Shown: positions 1-12,219 of the stretch, piece after piece | Position numbering within the stretch: the first letter of the stretch is position 1 | How the letters are laid out: every line of letters starts with the position of its first letter | Assembly: GCF_006345805.1 (NCBI RefSeq) | Contig: NC_043002.1 | Coordinates: forward strand, 26,908,001-26,972,000 | Source of the DNA: Octopus sinensis | Taxonomy: Eukaryota | DNA length: 64,000 nt | Direction: 5' to 3' | Translations under genes and position numbers: made by a program | Notes under the pieces: generated by a model | Database searches by the model: none | Seen by the model: the letters and a program-made list of their open reading frames with translations, nothing else | Told to the model about the DNA's origin: nothing

Positions 1-664
1 AAAGTATATATATATATATACTTTATATATATATATACATACCCATGTGTGTTTGTGTGTGTGTAAATTCCAATACTTAACTGTATATTACAATACTTAA
101 CCGACTTGTTGCATATAAGGTTTGAATTCAGATTGACGTCATTGCGAAATAAATATTTTTTTCCATTCTAGCTATATTTCATCTTTCTTTCCTATTTAAG
201 AAATTAACACGCAATTTTTTCTTAGATATACAATATAATAATTAAGGAAAATTCACCACACCTATCGAAAACAACAAAACAGATTCATATTTACACATAC
301 ACACACACAGTACATACAACACACATATAGAACACACACACACACACAGACGTGCTCGCAATGTACACACATTCATGTGTGTGTGTGTTTATAGTAGTGG
401 AATATAATATGATTGATGTATGTTTTATTTTGCTGAGGTCTAATCATGAAATACATGACTGTTTCAAACGGCGGAAAAAACATTTTAATGATATTTTCGT
501 GATAAATTTTGATAAATACTTGTTAATATACAGAAGGCGATTGGATAGCAATATATTGTTTTATATTAGACAATAAATAAAATTTGTAATCAGTTTTTGT
601 TACTCTGTTAAAGTGTAAAAGAAAAAACAAATCTACCAATACATACCTGTATCTATGCATAATA

Positions 665-746
<82 letters not shown>

Positions 747-825
747 ATGTATGTATATGTATATGTATATATGATTAAAAAAAGAAAATACACATACTTT
801 ATATAGTTTTAATATAATTTTTGAT

Positions 826-860
826 ATATCAACCGGTTTCGCTTTCGCTATTCATGATAT
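826..860 (-). ncRNA. Minimal type I hammerhead ribozyme variant (A3:U8 core)
   Basis: Minus strand reads ATATC-ATGAATA-GC GAAA GC-GAAAC CG GTT-GATAT. This gives a 5-bp stem I, a 2-bp stem II with GAAA loop, a palindromic stem III (ACCGGT) and a GUU triplet. Confidence 0.6.
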
Positions 861-861
861 T

Positions 862-1968
862 ATGGTTTACTTACTTGAAAAATTGATCCAACCAAGCTCT
901 CAATTCTACATCAATATTGAGCGGTACTCCGCGCATAGCATTTGATAGAGATCGAAAGAGGTGGAAATCCGTTGGTGCCAAACCAGGAAAGTACGGCGAT
1001 TGTGTGTCAGCACTTACCAGTCATGCGTTTGAAAGGCTTCCTTGGTCATATTGGCGATATGAGGGCGAGCGTTGTCGTGCAGCAGAAGAACTCCATACTG
1101 CCGATTAGGTCATTTCTCTGGAATAGCCGTGCTGAGTCGTTCCACCTGTTGAACGTAGAGTTCCGTGTTAACCATTTGGTTCTGTTCAAACAATTCGTAA
1201 TGGGTAATCCCTTCCCAGTCCTACCATACGCACAGCATCGTTTTACGCGGATGAAGATCTTGTTTCACGCGCAGTGTTGCTTGCTTAACGGGGTTAAGCC
1301 ATTCCTTACGTTGCTTCATATTGATGTAGAGGTACCATTTTTCGTCACCAGTAACGATTAGGTAAAGAAATCGTTGCTGGTGTCCATGAGTTGAGCGGTG
1401 TCAAGCAAGTAAAACAGTGGAGATTGTGTCTCGTTGATTTTTGTTGTTGTCACTTAAAGCATGCAGAACCCATACTTCATACTTCTGAACCTTTGCGATC
1501 GAGTGGAGATGCTTCTCTATAGCAGTGTGGGAGCATTCCATTTTCTCTGCCATCTCCCTTATCTTTTGGCGATAATTTTCGTGCTAAAATAGGTTTAATC
1601 GCTCTTCATCGAACTCAGAAAGAGGTGCGTCTTTGAGGTCAAAATTTCCATGTTTGTACTTGGCATACCAATTACGAGCGGTTCTATCAGCTATGGCACC
1701 CTCTCCATGCACAGCACAAATGTCGCGAGCAGCTTTTGTGGCCTTACAACCTTGATTAAAAGCAAAAAGAAGGTTTTTTCCTAACTTGACATTCTATTTT
1801 AATGATCTGAATATGAACAAAAATTAACTCAAATTAACTAGAAAAAATAAAACAAAATAGAATCCAAAATGATTCAAAAGTAGAATTCTCGAAAACATTG
1901 ATTCCAAAGTTTAAAAACGCAAAAAATTCCCAAATTAAAAAAACCGCGGGAACTTAGTTGGCAACCCA

Positions 1969-1972
<4 letters not shown>
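862..1972 (-). mobile_element. Decayed mariner (Tc1/mariner) transposon
   Basis: Minus translation includes SPYFPGLAPTDFHLFRSLSNAMRG (mariner YSPDLAPxDxHLF motif) and an HTH region near 1640-1760. A terminus TATTGGGTTGCCAACTAAGTTCC abuts (TA)n at ~1972. Confidence 0.9.
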
Positions 1973-2016
<44 letters not shown>

Positions 2017-2023
2017 CATGTAT

Positions 2024-2054
<31 letters not shown>

Positions 2055-2084
2055 TATATATATAATATATATATATATACATAT

Positions 2085-2545
2085 TAAATTAAAAGAGACA
2101 AAAAACCAAGGAGGTGTGGAATTTATAGGACATTTATAAAGAGAAAGGTAGTTTTACAGCTGTTTCTGTGATATTAGGGATAGCCCTTCATCAGAGACAA
2201 TATGAGAGAGTTGACTAGATGGAAAGTGTAGAGTTCAATATAAGGGGTTATTTTGGAAAAGGATGAATAGAGGAAGTATACAGGGAATTAAGAGAATAAA
2301 AATAAAATTAGAAATGTGTGTAGGATGTCACAGTTGCAGTTCCATTATCCAAGGAAAGTGCTCTGTAGAATGGACAGAAATGCTTCTTGCCCATGGTGTA
2401 CAGATTACGATGGGAGTTCATATTTTGCTATTACAAGTGAATAATGTGTAGAAATAAATACCATGTGCTGTTCATTCAAAGGGTTGTTGTGGTGTGAATG
2501 AAATTATGAGAATGTACTTGTAAAAGTAAATAGGTAGAGAGAAGA

Positions 2546-2550
<5 letters not shown>
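2085..2550 (-). mobile_element. PLE-type 3' terminal fragment carrying a hammerhead
   Basis: Flanked by (TA)n on both sides, contains the HHR at 2151-2198, and has weak resemblance to a PLE ORF C-terminus at 2360-2450. Confidence 0.5.
2151..2198 (-). ncRNA. Type I hammerhead ribozyme, slightly decayed
   Basis: Minus: GTCT-CTGATGA-agggctatccctaatatcaca-GAAAC AGCT GTA-AAAC. Canonical core, palindromic stem III, one stem I mismatch. Confidence 0.7.
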
Positions 2551-2591
<41 letters not shown>

Positions 2592-2617
2592 ATGCATGTA
2601 TGGATTACCCATATATG

Positions 2618-2850
2618 AGGGGGCGCGTGGTTTAATTGTTAAGGGCTTGCACTCATGTCTCTAAGATGCCTGGACTGAGTGATGCGTTCAGTTCTTGAGC
2701 AACACATTACTTTTCACGTTGCTTTAATCCACTCATCTGGCAAACATGAATAATCCTGTGATAGGCGGGTGTCCAGTCCAATGGGGAAGCATATATATAA
2801 TAAAACTCGGTGAAACTGTATATACGAGCGTATGGCTCGGGAAGGATTTT
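2618..2850 (+). mobile_element. Decayed tRNA-derived SINE
   Basis: Head GGGGCGCGTGGTTTAATTGTTAAGG is A-box-like. The central TTCTTGAGCAACACATTACTTTTCACGTTGCT is shared with the SINE at 21275. Confidence 0.7.
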
Positions 2851-3449
2851 TACTCTTTTTTTTTATTAATATCTACATACACGTAGGCGAGGATTGGGAA
2901 ATTAATGTACATAGACGCACATAATATAACACAGAGACGCTATTTCTTCCATTAATGTTTGTGCATTTATGTGTATGTGATGTGAGCGTATGTAAGTGTG
3001 TCTGATTGAGTGAGTGTGTGTTTGTGGCGAACAAAATTGCCCCGTTATTCCACAGTCTGCGATTCGAATCAAATCATTAAAATGGAACGTGGTAGATGAG
3101 ACAGAAACTGCATATTTAATGTATAATCATAATTTTGGAAACAAATTTTAATTGAATTTTATTGCATAAAATATCTCTTAAAAAATGAATCACTGTATCG
3201 CTTGACTGGTAGAACTGAGCAAGTGTGGTTGGTATTTCAAAGAGCGTTCGAATGATAACAAATCCATTGAACAAATTATTTACACACACACACACGCATG
3301 CACCACACATGTTCATACATTCGTATACACACACACACACACACAGACACACAAACACATATATATTTACATATGTATACATGTGTGTGCATGAGAATGT
3401 ATGCTTTCGTGTGTACACACAGACATGACAAGTAAATACATACACCATA

Positions 3450-4538
3450 AAACATGCTCCATGTTTATTCTAACTTGAAAAGGTTTATAGTTTTTATTAA
3501 TTGACATTCTTATGTTTCAGGTTGTATATGTGACTGTTTAATCGTGTCATGTACAAAAGAAGCTTTGGAACTGGAAGGTGGACATAGTCAGCGTAAAATC
3601 GCAGAAAATCTTGGGATCCCGCTTTCTATAGTTAACACAGTGATTATTTAATTCACCAAAGAGGGGAAGGAGTCCACATCACCTCGCCCAGATCAAGCAG
3701 GGCCTTCTAACAGGACCCTTTTCTTTGTTAAGAGAAGTGTGGAGGATAATCCTCAGACATAGCAGAACAAGTGGACTTTAGTCCCAGCAAAGTTGTCAGG
3801 TATCTCCACAAACTTGGTTACTATGGCAGAGCAGAAAGAAGGAAGCCACTTCTTCGACCAGCCAACATCAAGCGGAGAAATAATTGGGCCAGTGAGATGG
3901 TGGTGAGGCCACTAGCATTTTGGATACGGTCATATTATCTGATGTGCCCAGATTTGCTGTATTTCCTGATAGTGGTCGATTGTGTGTCTGGAGATGCTGT
4001 GATCAAGAATTTGACGTGAAACGATTGCACTCGTGAATGAAACACGACAGCTATTCTGTGATGGTCTGGAGAGAAATTTCGAACAATGGTTGATGAAATC
4101 TGGTGGAGTGTGAAGGAAACATAAACTCAGATATATGTGTTCAATCTGCTCCAGTGGTGAAATGATTAAAGAAGACACTATTTATGGAAAACAATGACCC
4201 AAATGACCCAAGCTTTGTTGGATGAGAATGGCATTGAAAAGCTTCTATGACCAAGGCAGTCACCAGAGATGAACCATATTGAACATCTCTAGGGCATAAT
4301 GGACAAGACACTTCGTCAGCAGCTTCAAAGCCAGTTATTTTGAGATTACTGCATGAAACTTTGCAAGAAATTCTGTTAGAGAATATTCATCGTCTGATCA
4401 GTAACGTGCCTAAAAGAGTCCTTGCTTAGAAAAATGCAAAGTCCATATTTACTAAATATTAAATATTCACATTATAACAATATGTAATTTCAATATATAA
4501 TTTCAGTTTTAAATAAATTTAACTTCTGTCACGTCAGT
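3450..4538 (+). mobile_element. Decayed Tc1-family transposon
   Basis: HTH GHSQRKIAENLGIP (3575-3620), YYGRAERRKPLL...NIKRRNNWA (3820-3890) and QSPEMNHIEHL (4256-4290; Tc1 SPDLNPIE motif). The right end reads ...CACGTCAGTA. Confidence 0.9.
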
Positions 4539-4604
4539 ATGTATGGGTGTATGTATGTATGTATGTATGTATGTATGTATGTATGTATGTATGTATGTAT
4601 GTCA

Positions 4605-4682
4605 GGTCACTTTCGAGTGCTACTGGTAACATGTAACCCAGTACAACCTGTTGCATGGTCGGGTCGTCGGCGACTAAACCGG
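4605..4682 (+). ncRNA. HDV-like (delta) self-cleaving ribozyme, decayed
   Basis: P1 GGTCAC/ATGGTC, P2 CCAGT/ACCGG, P3 ACA/TGC, L3 ACCTGT whose CC can pair with GG (P1.1), P4 TCG-TCGG-CGA, J4/2 CTAA. The elements occur in the correct order with one mismatch in each of P1, P2 and P3. Confidence 0.6.
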
Positions 4683-5115
4683 CAACACCACCTAGCTTGC
4701 TTGGTGAGGGTGTTTATTGGTCACCCTGCGGGAAGAAAAACAAAACCCGTCAAAGGGCAGAGGAACCCTTGAGAGTCAACGGCCATCCAATAAATGTATT
4801 TAGGCTGTATCATGCACGGGGACATAGAAATAATTAGACTGAATACCCGATTGCGCGGTTAAACCATTGGGAGTGAAGGACTCCTAGCCTTTGTTAGGGC
4901 ATCCTTCTAGGAGAAGGTAACTCAGGTAACTGGGATAACTCCGATATAAATCTGCGGCTCAGTGGTTACCGATGATGTTGACTTCTTCTTTTCGGATTAT
5001 AGCTGATGTTGCTTAGTGAGTGGGATTGACTCAGTGCACAGCCTTTCCTCACTTTAAAAAAATCTTCTTGTACAGGCATTGCACGATAACAACATTGAAT
5101 AAGCTTCGTGCAATG
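4605..5115 (+). mobile_element. Short non-autonomous RTE-LINE derivative (5' UTR-like)
   Basis: Contains GGCATCCTTCTAGGAGAAGGTAACTC, resembling RTE 5' UTRs, and shares motifs with 62110-62400. It starts with an HDV-like fold, ends with the hairpin CATTGCACGA...TCGTGCAATG, and is flanked by a long direct repeat. Confidence 0.6.
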
Positions 5116-5307
5116 TTAAATATTCACATTATAACAATATATAATTTCAATGTATAGTTTCAGTTTTAAATAAATTTAACTTCTGTCACGTCAGTATGTG
5201 TGTATGTATGTATGTATGTATGTATATATGTATGTATTGTATGTATGTACGTATGTATGTATGTATGTATGTTATGTATGTATGTATTATGTATGTATGT
5301 ATGTATG

Positions 5308-5378
<71 letters not shown>

Positions 5379-5381
<3 letters not shown>

Positions 5382-5700
5382 TAAAGGGTGAAATATAATT
5401 AATTTAATAAAATCAATAAATTTCACCTAGTAGTATTTCGGTATGGAAAAGGACCATATTCGGTAAAAATTTATATAATTATAATAAGGTTTTTTTGCAA
5501 CAAGTTGCTTAAACCACATACCGAAAATTTTAGAAATAGCAGTCAAAGGGCTACTATATCTTTTATTACAAAAATAAGTCTCCACAAAACCCTTATAATT
5601 ATATGAATTTTTACCGAATATGGTCCTTTTCCATACCGAAATACTACTAGGTGAAATTTATTGAATTTATTAAATAAATTATATTTTACCCTTTATCGGT
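5379..5700. repeat. ~115-bp inverted repeat (5379-5495 / 5586-5698), probably a PLE-type terminus
   Basis: GATAAAGGGTGAAATATAATT...TTCACCTAGTAGTATTTCGGTATGGAAAAGGACCATATTCGGTAAAAA recurs as its reverse complement. The spacer shares CATACCGAAAA..TAGAAATAGCAGTCAA with 52372-52400. Confidence 0.85.
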
Positions 5701-6074
5701 ATTGAATACTTTTACTCCCCTACAACAAAACTACGAAACTTCGTTTCGGCAGTACTGTTTTGTGACTCACGTGGTGAGATTTTGGAAGGGGATACGAATT
5801 CGCTTGTCTATATAAATTTGGATATGCTAGTGGACTTTTGTATCTTTCGATGTCGCTTGGTCGGAAATATAAGAGGTAAGTTTTTCCTAGCATTTCTAGA
5901 TTTATGGGAAATATAATGTTGATAAGGAAATGAACTTTACGATTCTAACCCAGAAACGTGCGTCCATAATTAATCAAGTAGACTGTGTGGTTTCGTTGTT
6001 TTCCTTCTTCTTTTACCATATGTGAGTTACAAATACTGTTGTTTTGTGGAGACTTACTTTTGTAGTAAAAGAAA

Positions 6075-6590
6075 AGTGCGGCAGCGTGGGTGGGAGCAGG
6101 GGAACGAGCTGGGTTGAGAGATGGGGTGAGCATGAAACTGTGGACCAGGGAGTCACGTAGATTGAGGGCTCGTTTGAAGGAGGGGAGGGGTAGGTTGGAG
6201 AAGATGTGCGAAATGGAGGGGTCGGACTGGAGTCCCCGGAAGACTCGGAGAATGGTGCGTTGGAGAGGCAGAGTGGAGGGGTGGTAGGTGAGAGAGAACG
6301 GGAGATGGGTAACGGTGGGGCGGGTGCGGGGAGTGATAGCAGATACACGGTCCACGGAACGTGTTCTGGCAAGGGCGGTGTGGATAGTGGTGAGAGGATA
6401 TCGACGAAGGATTAAATGGCGAGCTATGAGTTGAGACTGAGTCTCAAAGTCATGGTTGTCACAGCTGAGCCTGTGCGGAGGGAGGAATTGGAAGTAAGGG
6501 ATGGAGAGTTTGTTGTGGTTAGGGTGGGAGGAGGAGAAGTTGACATATGAGTGTGGGTCGGTGTGTTTGTCGTGGATGGAGGTGGTGTGT
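6075..6590 (-). pseudogene. Penelope-like element RT C-terminal fragment (GC-rich lineage)
   Basis: TTSIHDKHTDPHSYVNFSSSHPNHNKLSIPYFQF...FKRALNLRDSLVHS matches the PLE thumb/linker motif KPTD..YL.F.S.HP. Confidence 0.85.
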
Positions 6591-7198
6591 ATATGTATGT
6601 ATGTGTATGTATGTATGTATGTATGTATGTATGTATGTATGTATGTATGTATGTATGTATGTATGTATGTGTATATATGTATGCCTGCATGCATGCAATG
6701 AACTAAATATGCTCATTCGAAAGAAGTATCCCCAAAACTTCATAAATCATGCCACGACCGAAATGATCTATACCTTACGGAGAAACACACATGCTAAGGG
6801 TGAAAACGACCCATAATGCTAGTAAGAATAACATCCGACATTCAGCCAAACGTCACAACACAATTCTACATCAATCATCAGATCTCCGGCAAATAATAAA
6901 ATTATCACAATTCATCGACAAGATTCATATCGGGAAAAGAAAGTGACAAACTGTGGAGTGCAACTTTGTGCCATATGTGAAACATGTGTGTGTGTGTGTG
7001 TGTGTGTGTATTTGTGTGTGAATGTATGCTTTGTCAAATGTTTCTCTGTAGATATACACTTATTTCACTCATGTATTATAGTACAGTTCTTCTCATTCTC
7101 GGCATCTGAAATGAGGTGAACCAGTGATCTTAGAATCAGAAAGAACGACGCTACTTTTCACAATATGCAAGATATATTTCTTTCTTTCTCTCTTACCC

Positions 7199-7255
<57 letters not shown>

Positions 7256-7259
7256 ATAT

Positions 7260-7296
<37 letters not shown>

Positions 7297-7414
7297 TATA
7301 TATATATATATATATTATATATATATATGTATATATATATATATGCATATCTATGATTGTATGTGTTTGCATGGGCGTGTATGTATGCCTGTGTGTGTAT
7401 TAAATTATATATAA

Positions 7415-7850
7415 GCACCTGAAAACCTCTTAGCACGACCGAGATATGAGGAAATTCGCTTCTAAATAGTATCCATCCTAACGATTAAGAAATCCTCTTA
7501 AAGCTTCTTAACTATATGAGCGTATTTCATATTGCGTGAGCAAATCAATTCTTAGAATACTTCGATTATTTGAATATCTTTGAGTCCAAAACAAATCTAT
7601 GTGCATATTGGTGATTCCCTCATCGAGCAGCTTATGTTGTCAACCAAAACCGTATATAGTATTTGTAATGAACTAAATATTACATTAGAGTGTGATGAAG
7701 TTGGTCGAATAGGTAGAGTGGGGAGCAAAATTATGGTGTCTCTGATAGTTGAACTTGGCATCCCACCAAACACCACACATTACTTCCCTCTTCGATATCT
7801 GATATAATAATTCATCAGTCACGTGCCATGATTGATGAGTTTTCTCTGAC
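7415..7850 (-). mobile_element. Old mariner remnant
   Basis: Minus translation HNFAPHSTYSTNF resembles PHPPYSPDL. A mariner-like terminus GCACCTGAAAACCTCTTAGCACGACC lies at 7415. Confidence 0.55.
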
Positions 7851-9156
7851 AGTAAGACATTCTTCTTATGTGGCTCGTACATAATAAATGACATATCACG
7901 GTAATAAGTACCATTTATTATTTCATTACAAATGTCTATATACGTCAGTGTGTACAGCTTTGTTCGAGGTTCAAACACGAATTGTGAATTTAATTTTCGT
8001 CCATCTCTGATGGAAAATATATATATCAGAATTAGTCAGGTCAATCTTTCTGGCACAGCAACTGAAAACTCCAGTGCAAATGCCGAAATAAGTAACCAAT
8101 ATTTGTCTATAAGATATGATATAAATTATTGATATATTTAAACAATTTCATTTTAAAGATCATTTGCTTGCTTCATAAAATATTATTTTAGAACTAATCA
8201 TGGTTAAAAGTTGAGTAACTTTACAGTCGACTAAATTTGGTGAACACGATTTTAGATACCATTTTGAAGATGGCATACGATTGAAATTATATTATTCAAA
8301 GGATATTAATAACATCAATCCCAACTTGATGTTACTAGATTTTAATGATTTCCCCTTTAATATTTGGTTTATTCTTCTTGGTATAGTATGCTATGTGAGA
8401 TGAACAGCAATAAAAATATATTCGCTCACTATATCAATGGGATATTGCACATATACATACGTACGTACATACATACATACATACATAGATACATACGTAC
8501 ATACATACATGCATACATACATACATACATACATATATACATACATACATACATACATATACAATCATACCTGTATATACCTGCGTAAATATAAATTTAG
8601 TATAAATGCAAAATAAAAGTTCTCCATATATTGTCCGTTCTTTTATCTCAACAGGTGTTTCATTAAAATGAACGCCAATAAATGTCTAATTACATAAGTG
8701 AAATATATATTTTATTGAAATTAAACTAAATCAATATATGTGTTTTACCCAAATCATAAGGATCGGTGTCGACTTTGAAATATGAAATGTAGCGTCTGGC
8801 CTGAAACAGAAATACCTAGTTTCAATGTAGGTTTGTAAATGAATAGAAATACCTAATAAAATCAACATATATCATCTGCATCTAGTCTTTCTCATTCATT
8901 GATTATATTTTTATATTTTTTTTTATTTGCTATATTCATATATTTGTTTGCATGTGTTTACGTTACTATGTATTCCTACCATGTATTTATGTACATTATT
9001 AATATATAAGTGTGGGGGAAAGGGGAGTCTGTCACGCAAACTCCAACGTTGAGTAACGTTTTCTTAAATGGCTTATAAACACCTTCCACGCTGCAATTGT
9101 TTCCGTTCCAGCAAACGATCTCAGATCAGGTCACTTGCTACGCAAGTACATCTCAG

Positions 9157-9209
<53 letters not shown>

Positions 9210-9236
9210 CAGAGAGAAAGAAAGAGTGAGTGAGAG

Positions 9237-9283
<47 letters not shown>

Positions 9284-9297
9284 AAAATAGATGGATG

Positions 9298-9374
<77 letters not shown>

Positions 9375-10489
9375 CCCATATATGAACTGCTCGGAAGTTT
9401 ATATATTTTACGTCATTCATGATTACATTTTGCAAGATTTACATCTAAAAATAAATTATCTACATATTTGACATATATATATTTAAGAAATGCTCGAGAG
9501 ACTTGATGCATGGCTACACATTATTCCAAGACATCTACGTATCTATAACTGTACGGGTAGCTTTGTATGACAAGAAGCCTTGAACGCGTTTAGTGATGCA
9601 TGTGTGTGTTTGTATATACGTGTGAGATTTTCGCCTTTCGCTGGTGTACGTTATACACGTGAGTGCGTCTTTTTACCTGTAAATGCGCATTTAGGAATCT
9701 TGGTAGGCCATAAAATACTTCAAAGAGGACTTACTTTCATCACAAAACGAAAGAGTAGAACTAAATTTAAAAAAAAAAAAACATGTTCATAAGATAAGAC
9801 AAGTTCGAATGTACTATGAGAAAAGCAGAGATGTTTCATTTCGGAGATGCTATTCACTAGAAGTGTGATTGCGTATATTATTACTTCAAAGAACTATCGC
9901 GTATAAAATGTCAAAATTGATTTTTTTTATCTCAAAATACACATACATCTTAGCAAAATGTTTATTTGTTTCTTTAGTGTTTTATTTTTATTTTTAATTT
10001 CCTTAATTCTCTTACTGTGATATTGCGCTGCTATTAATAGGTCAAATATACAAGAGAAATCCAGTCATCAAACGATTCCTATTTTAATAATAATGTACAT
10101 AAAGTGATGAGCGCTTTTAGCTTTTAGCGTAGGATTTTCGAATTATATATATATATATATATACAGAGAGAGAGGGGGGGCTGTGTGGGTGTGTTAGGTG
10201 TGGCATACAGAAATTGAATATTGAGAAAAAAGTCTTCAGAACTTTGGAAAAAAAATATTTTTATTGCTTCAATATTATTAGCGCTTTCGTTAGTTTCTCG
10301 AACTTGTGAAATAAAATTTTGTGAATGTACAAACAGTTTGTTGGTTTATATAAAACATGTTTTTTTTAAGGTTTTGTTTAGAAGAAGAGAACATTGTTTA
10401 TGATTTTCGGGGTGAGGTACCGTGACAATGAGGTAGATAGAAATATAGGTAGGTAGATAGATATATCTAGCTACTGATAGATATATAGA

Positions 10490-10830
10490 TATGTTTCTTT
10501 ATTAGCCACACAGGGCTGCACACAGACAGAACAAATTACAAGGTAGAGCTTTTCTTTTGGGGGTAAAAAAAGGGGGTTGGTTTTCGATCAAAAGGGTTCG
10601 TAAAAGGAAAGAAAGAGGACAAAAAAAGGGGAGGATTTAAAAAAAGGGGGGAGAGAGGGAAGAAAAGAAAAGGGGAGAGGAAGAAAAAAGTTGATCAATA
10701 GGGATCGTAATCACAGAAATGTCAATATGAAGTGTAAAGGGGAGGACAGGTGAGGTTTACCCGTGGAGGGAAAAGCCTACGGAAAAGACCACGGTAACCT
10801 CGGTCAATGAAGTCACATGTTATATTTTAG
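10490..10830 (-). mobile_element. Probable LINE 3' end
   Basis: The minus strand ends ...GCAGCCCTGTGTGGCTAATAAAGAAAC, followed by a (TATC)-like tail. The body is pyrimidine-rich like a 3' UTR. Confidence 0.4.
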
Positions 10831-11163
10831 TGAAACCTTTCTTGCTTTCTTTCTCTCTTCCCTCTTTTTTCTCTTTTACCTCTTTTTTCTCTTTTACCTC
10901 TTTTATCTTTCCTTTTCTCTTCTTCCCTTCTTTTATCTTCGTTCTCTCTTTTTCTCCAATTTCAGTTGTATTTAGAATAAAAATGTACTGTCTCCACTTT
11001 TCTTCCAAACATTTCATTTTAGAGAGAATTTTTGGATAAAATGTAGTTCTGCATAAAAGAAAATCATTAGTATAATATTTACAAATTAAACATTAAAGTA
11101 AAAATAAATAAATAAAATTAATATATATATATATATTTATATATATATATATTATATATATAT

Positions 11164-11200
<37 letters not shown>

Positions 11201-11206
<6 letters not shown>

Positions 11207-12132
11207 TTAATAAGGGTGAGAGAATTAGATACTAATTTAATAGTATATCTATTCAACACCAAGTGGCCTAGTGCTCCGAGAAACCTGGATTATTATAATA
11301 TTTTATAATATATTATAATATTTTTACAAAATAAATATAAGAGAGTGGTCACTATATGGCTCACTCTAGCACCAGTTAATCCAAAAGGTTTCAACCACAA
11401 AAATACATGTTTCCCATGAAAGTCAGTACGATTGTTAGCTCACACGGACAGGGCAAATAAAAAATAACAAAAATACAGATTATTTTGGGACAATTGTTTC
11501 GCTATTAATGAGTTAAATGTAATTTTACTTACAAAAAAATCCACTTGTAGCTCGTCAGCCAAAACTATCTGGATGAAATCCACTCAATCACACGCCAGAT
11601 TTTACCATAACGATAAATACGCGTGTGGTTCAATTGATTACATCCGACGTTATAATTCAAATGCCCCAACTAACAGCGCGCCAAACTTTCACGGAAAACA
11701 AATACAGCATTTAGAAATAAATGCAGCATAATTATAATTAATTAATAAGGGTGAGAGAATTAGATACTAATTTAATAGTATATCTATTCAACACCAAGTG
11801 GCCTAGTGCTCCGAGAAACCTGGATTATTATAATAGTTTATAATATATTATAATACTTTTACAAAATAAATATAAGAGAGTGGTCACTATATGGCTCACT
11901 CTAGCACCAGTTAATCCAAAAGGTTTCAACCACAAAAATACATGTTTCCCATGAAAGTCAGTACGATTGTTAGCTCACACGGACAGGGCAAATAAAAAAT
12001 ATTTTTTATTTGCCCTGTCCGTGTGAGCTAACAATCGTACTGACTTTCATGGGAAACATGTATTTTTGTGGTTGAAACCTTTTGGATTAACTGGTGCTAG
12101 AGTGAGCTATATAGTGACCACTCTCTTATATT

Positions 12133-12133
<1 letters not shown>
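11201..12133 (-). mobile_element. Non-autonomous PLE/retrozyme-like element: ~535-bp unit x1.5 plus terminal inversion
   Basis: 11201-11465 is repeated directly at 11736-12000, and 12001-12133 is the reverse complement of 11868-12000. It has one canonical HHR, no ORF, and (TA)n on both flanks. Confidence 0.8.
11483..11564 (-). ncRNA. Canonical type I hammerhead ribozyme with a long loop II
   Basis: Minus: TTTTGG-CTGACGA-GCTA...TAGC-GAAAC AATT GTC-CCAAAA. Perfect 6-bp stem I, intact core, GUC triplet. Confidence 0.9.

Positions 12134-12219
<86 letters not shown>

Noticed and set aside
942-1361. 139-aa plus-strand ORF
   Set aside because: It is the antisense frame of the mariner transposase.
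9090-9150. Minus-strand CTGATCTGA...GAAAC AATT GCA
   Set aside because: The core is interrupted, there is no NUH triplet and no stem I. At best a relic.
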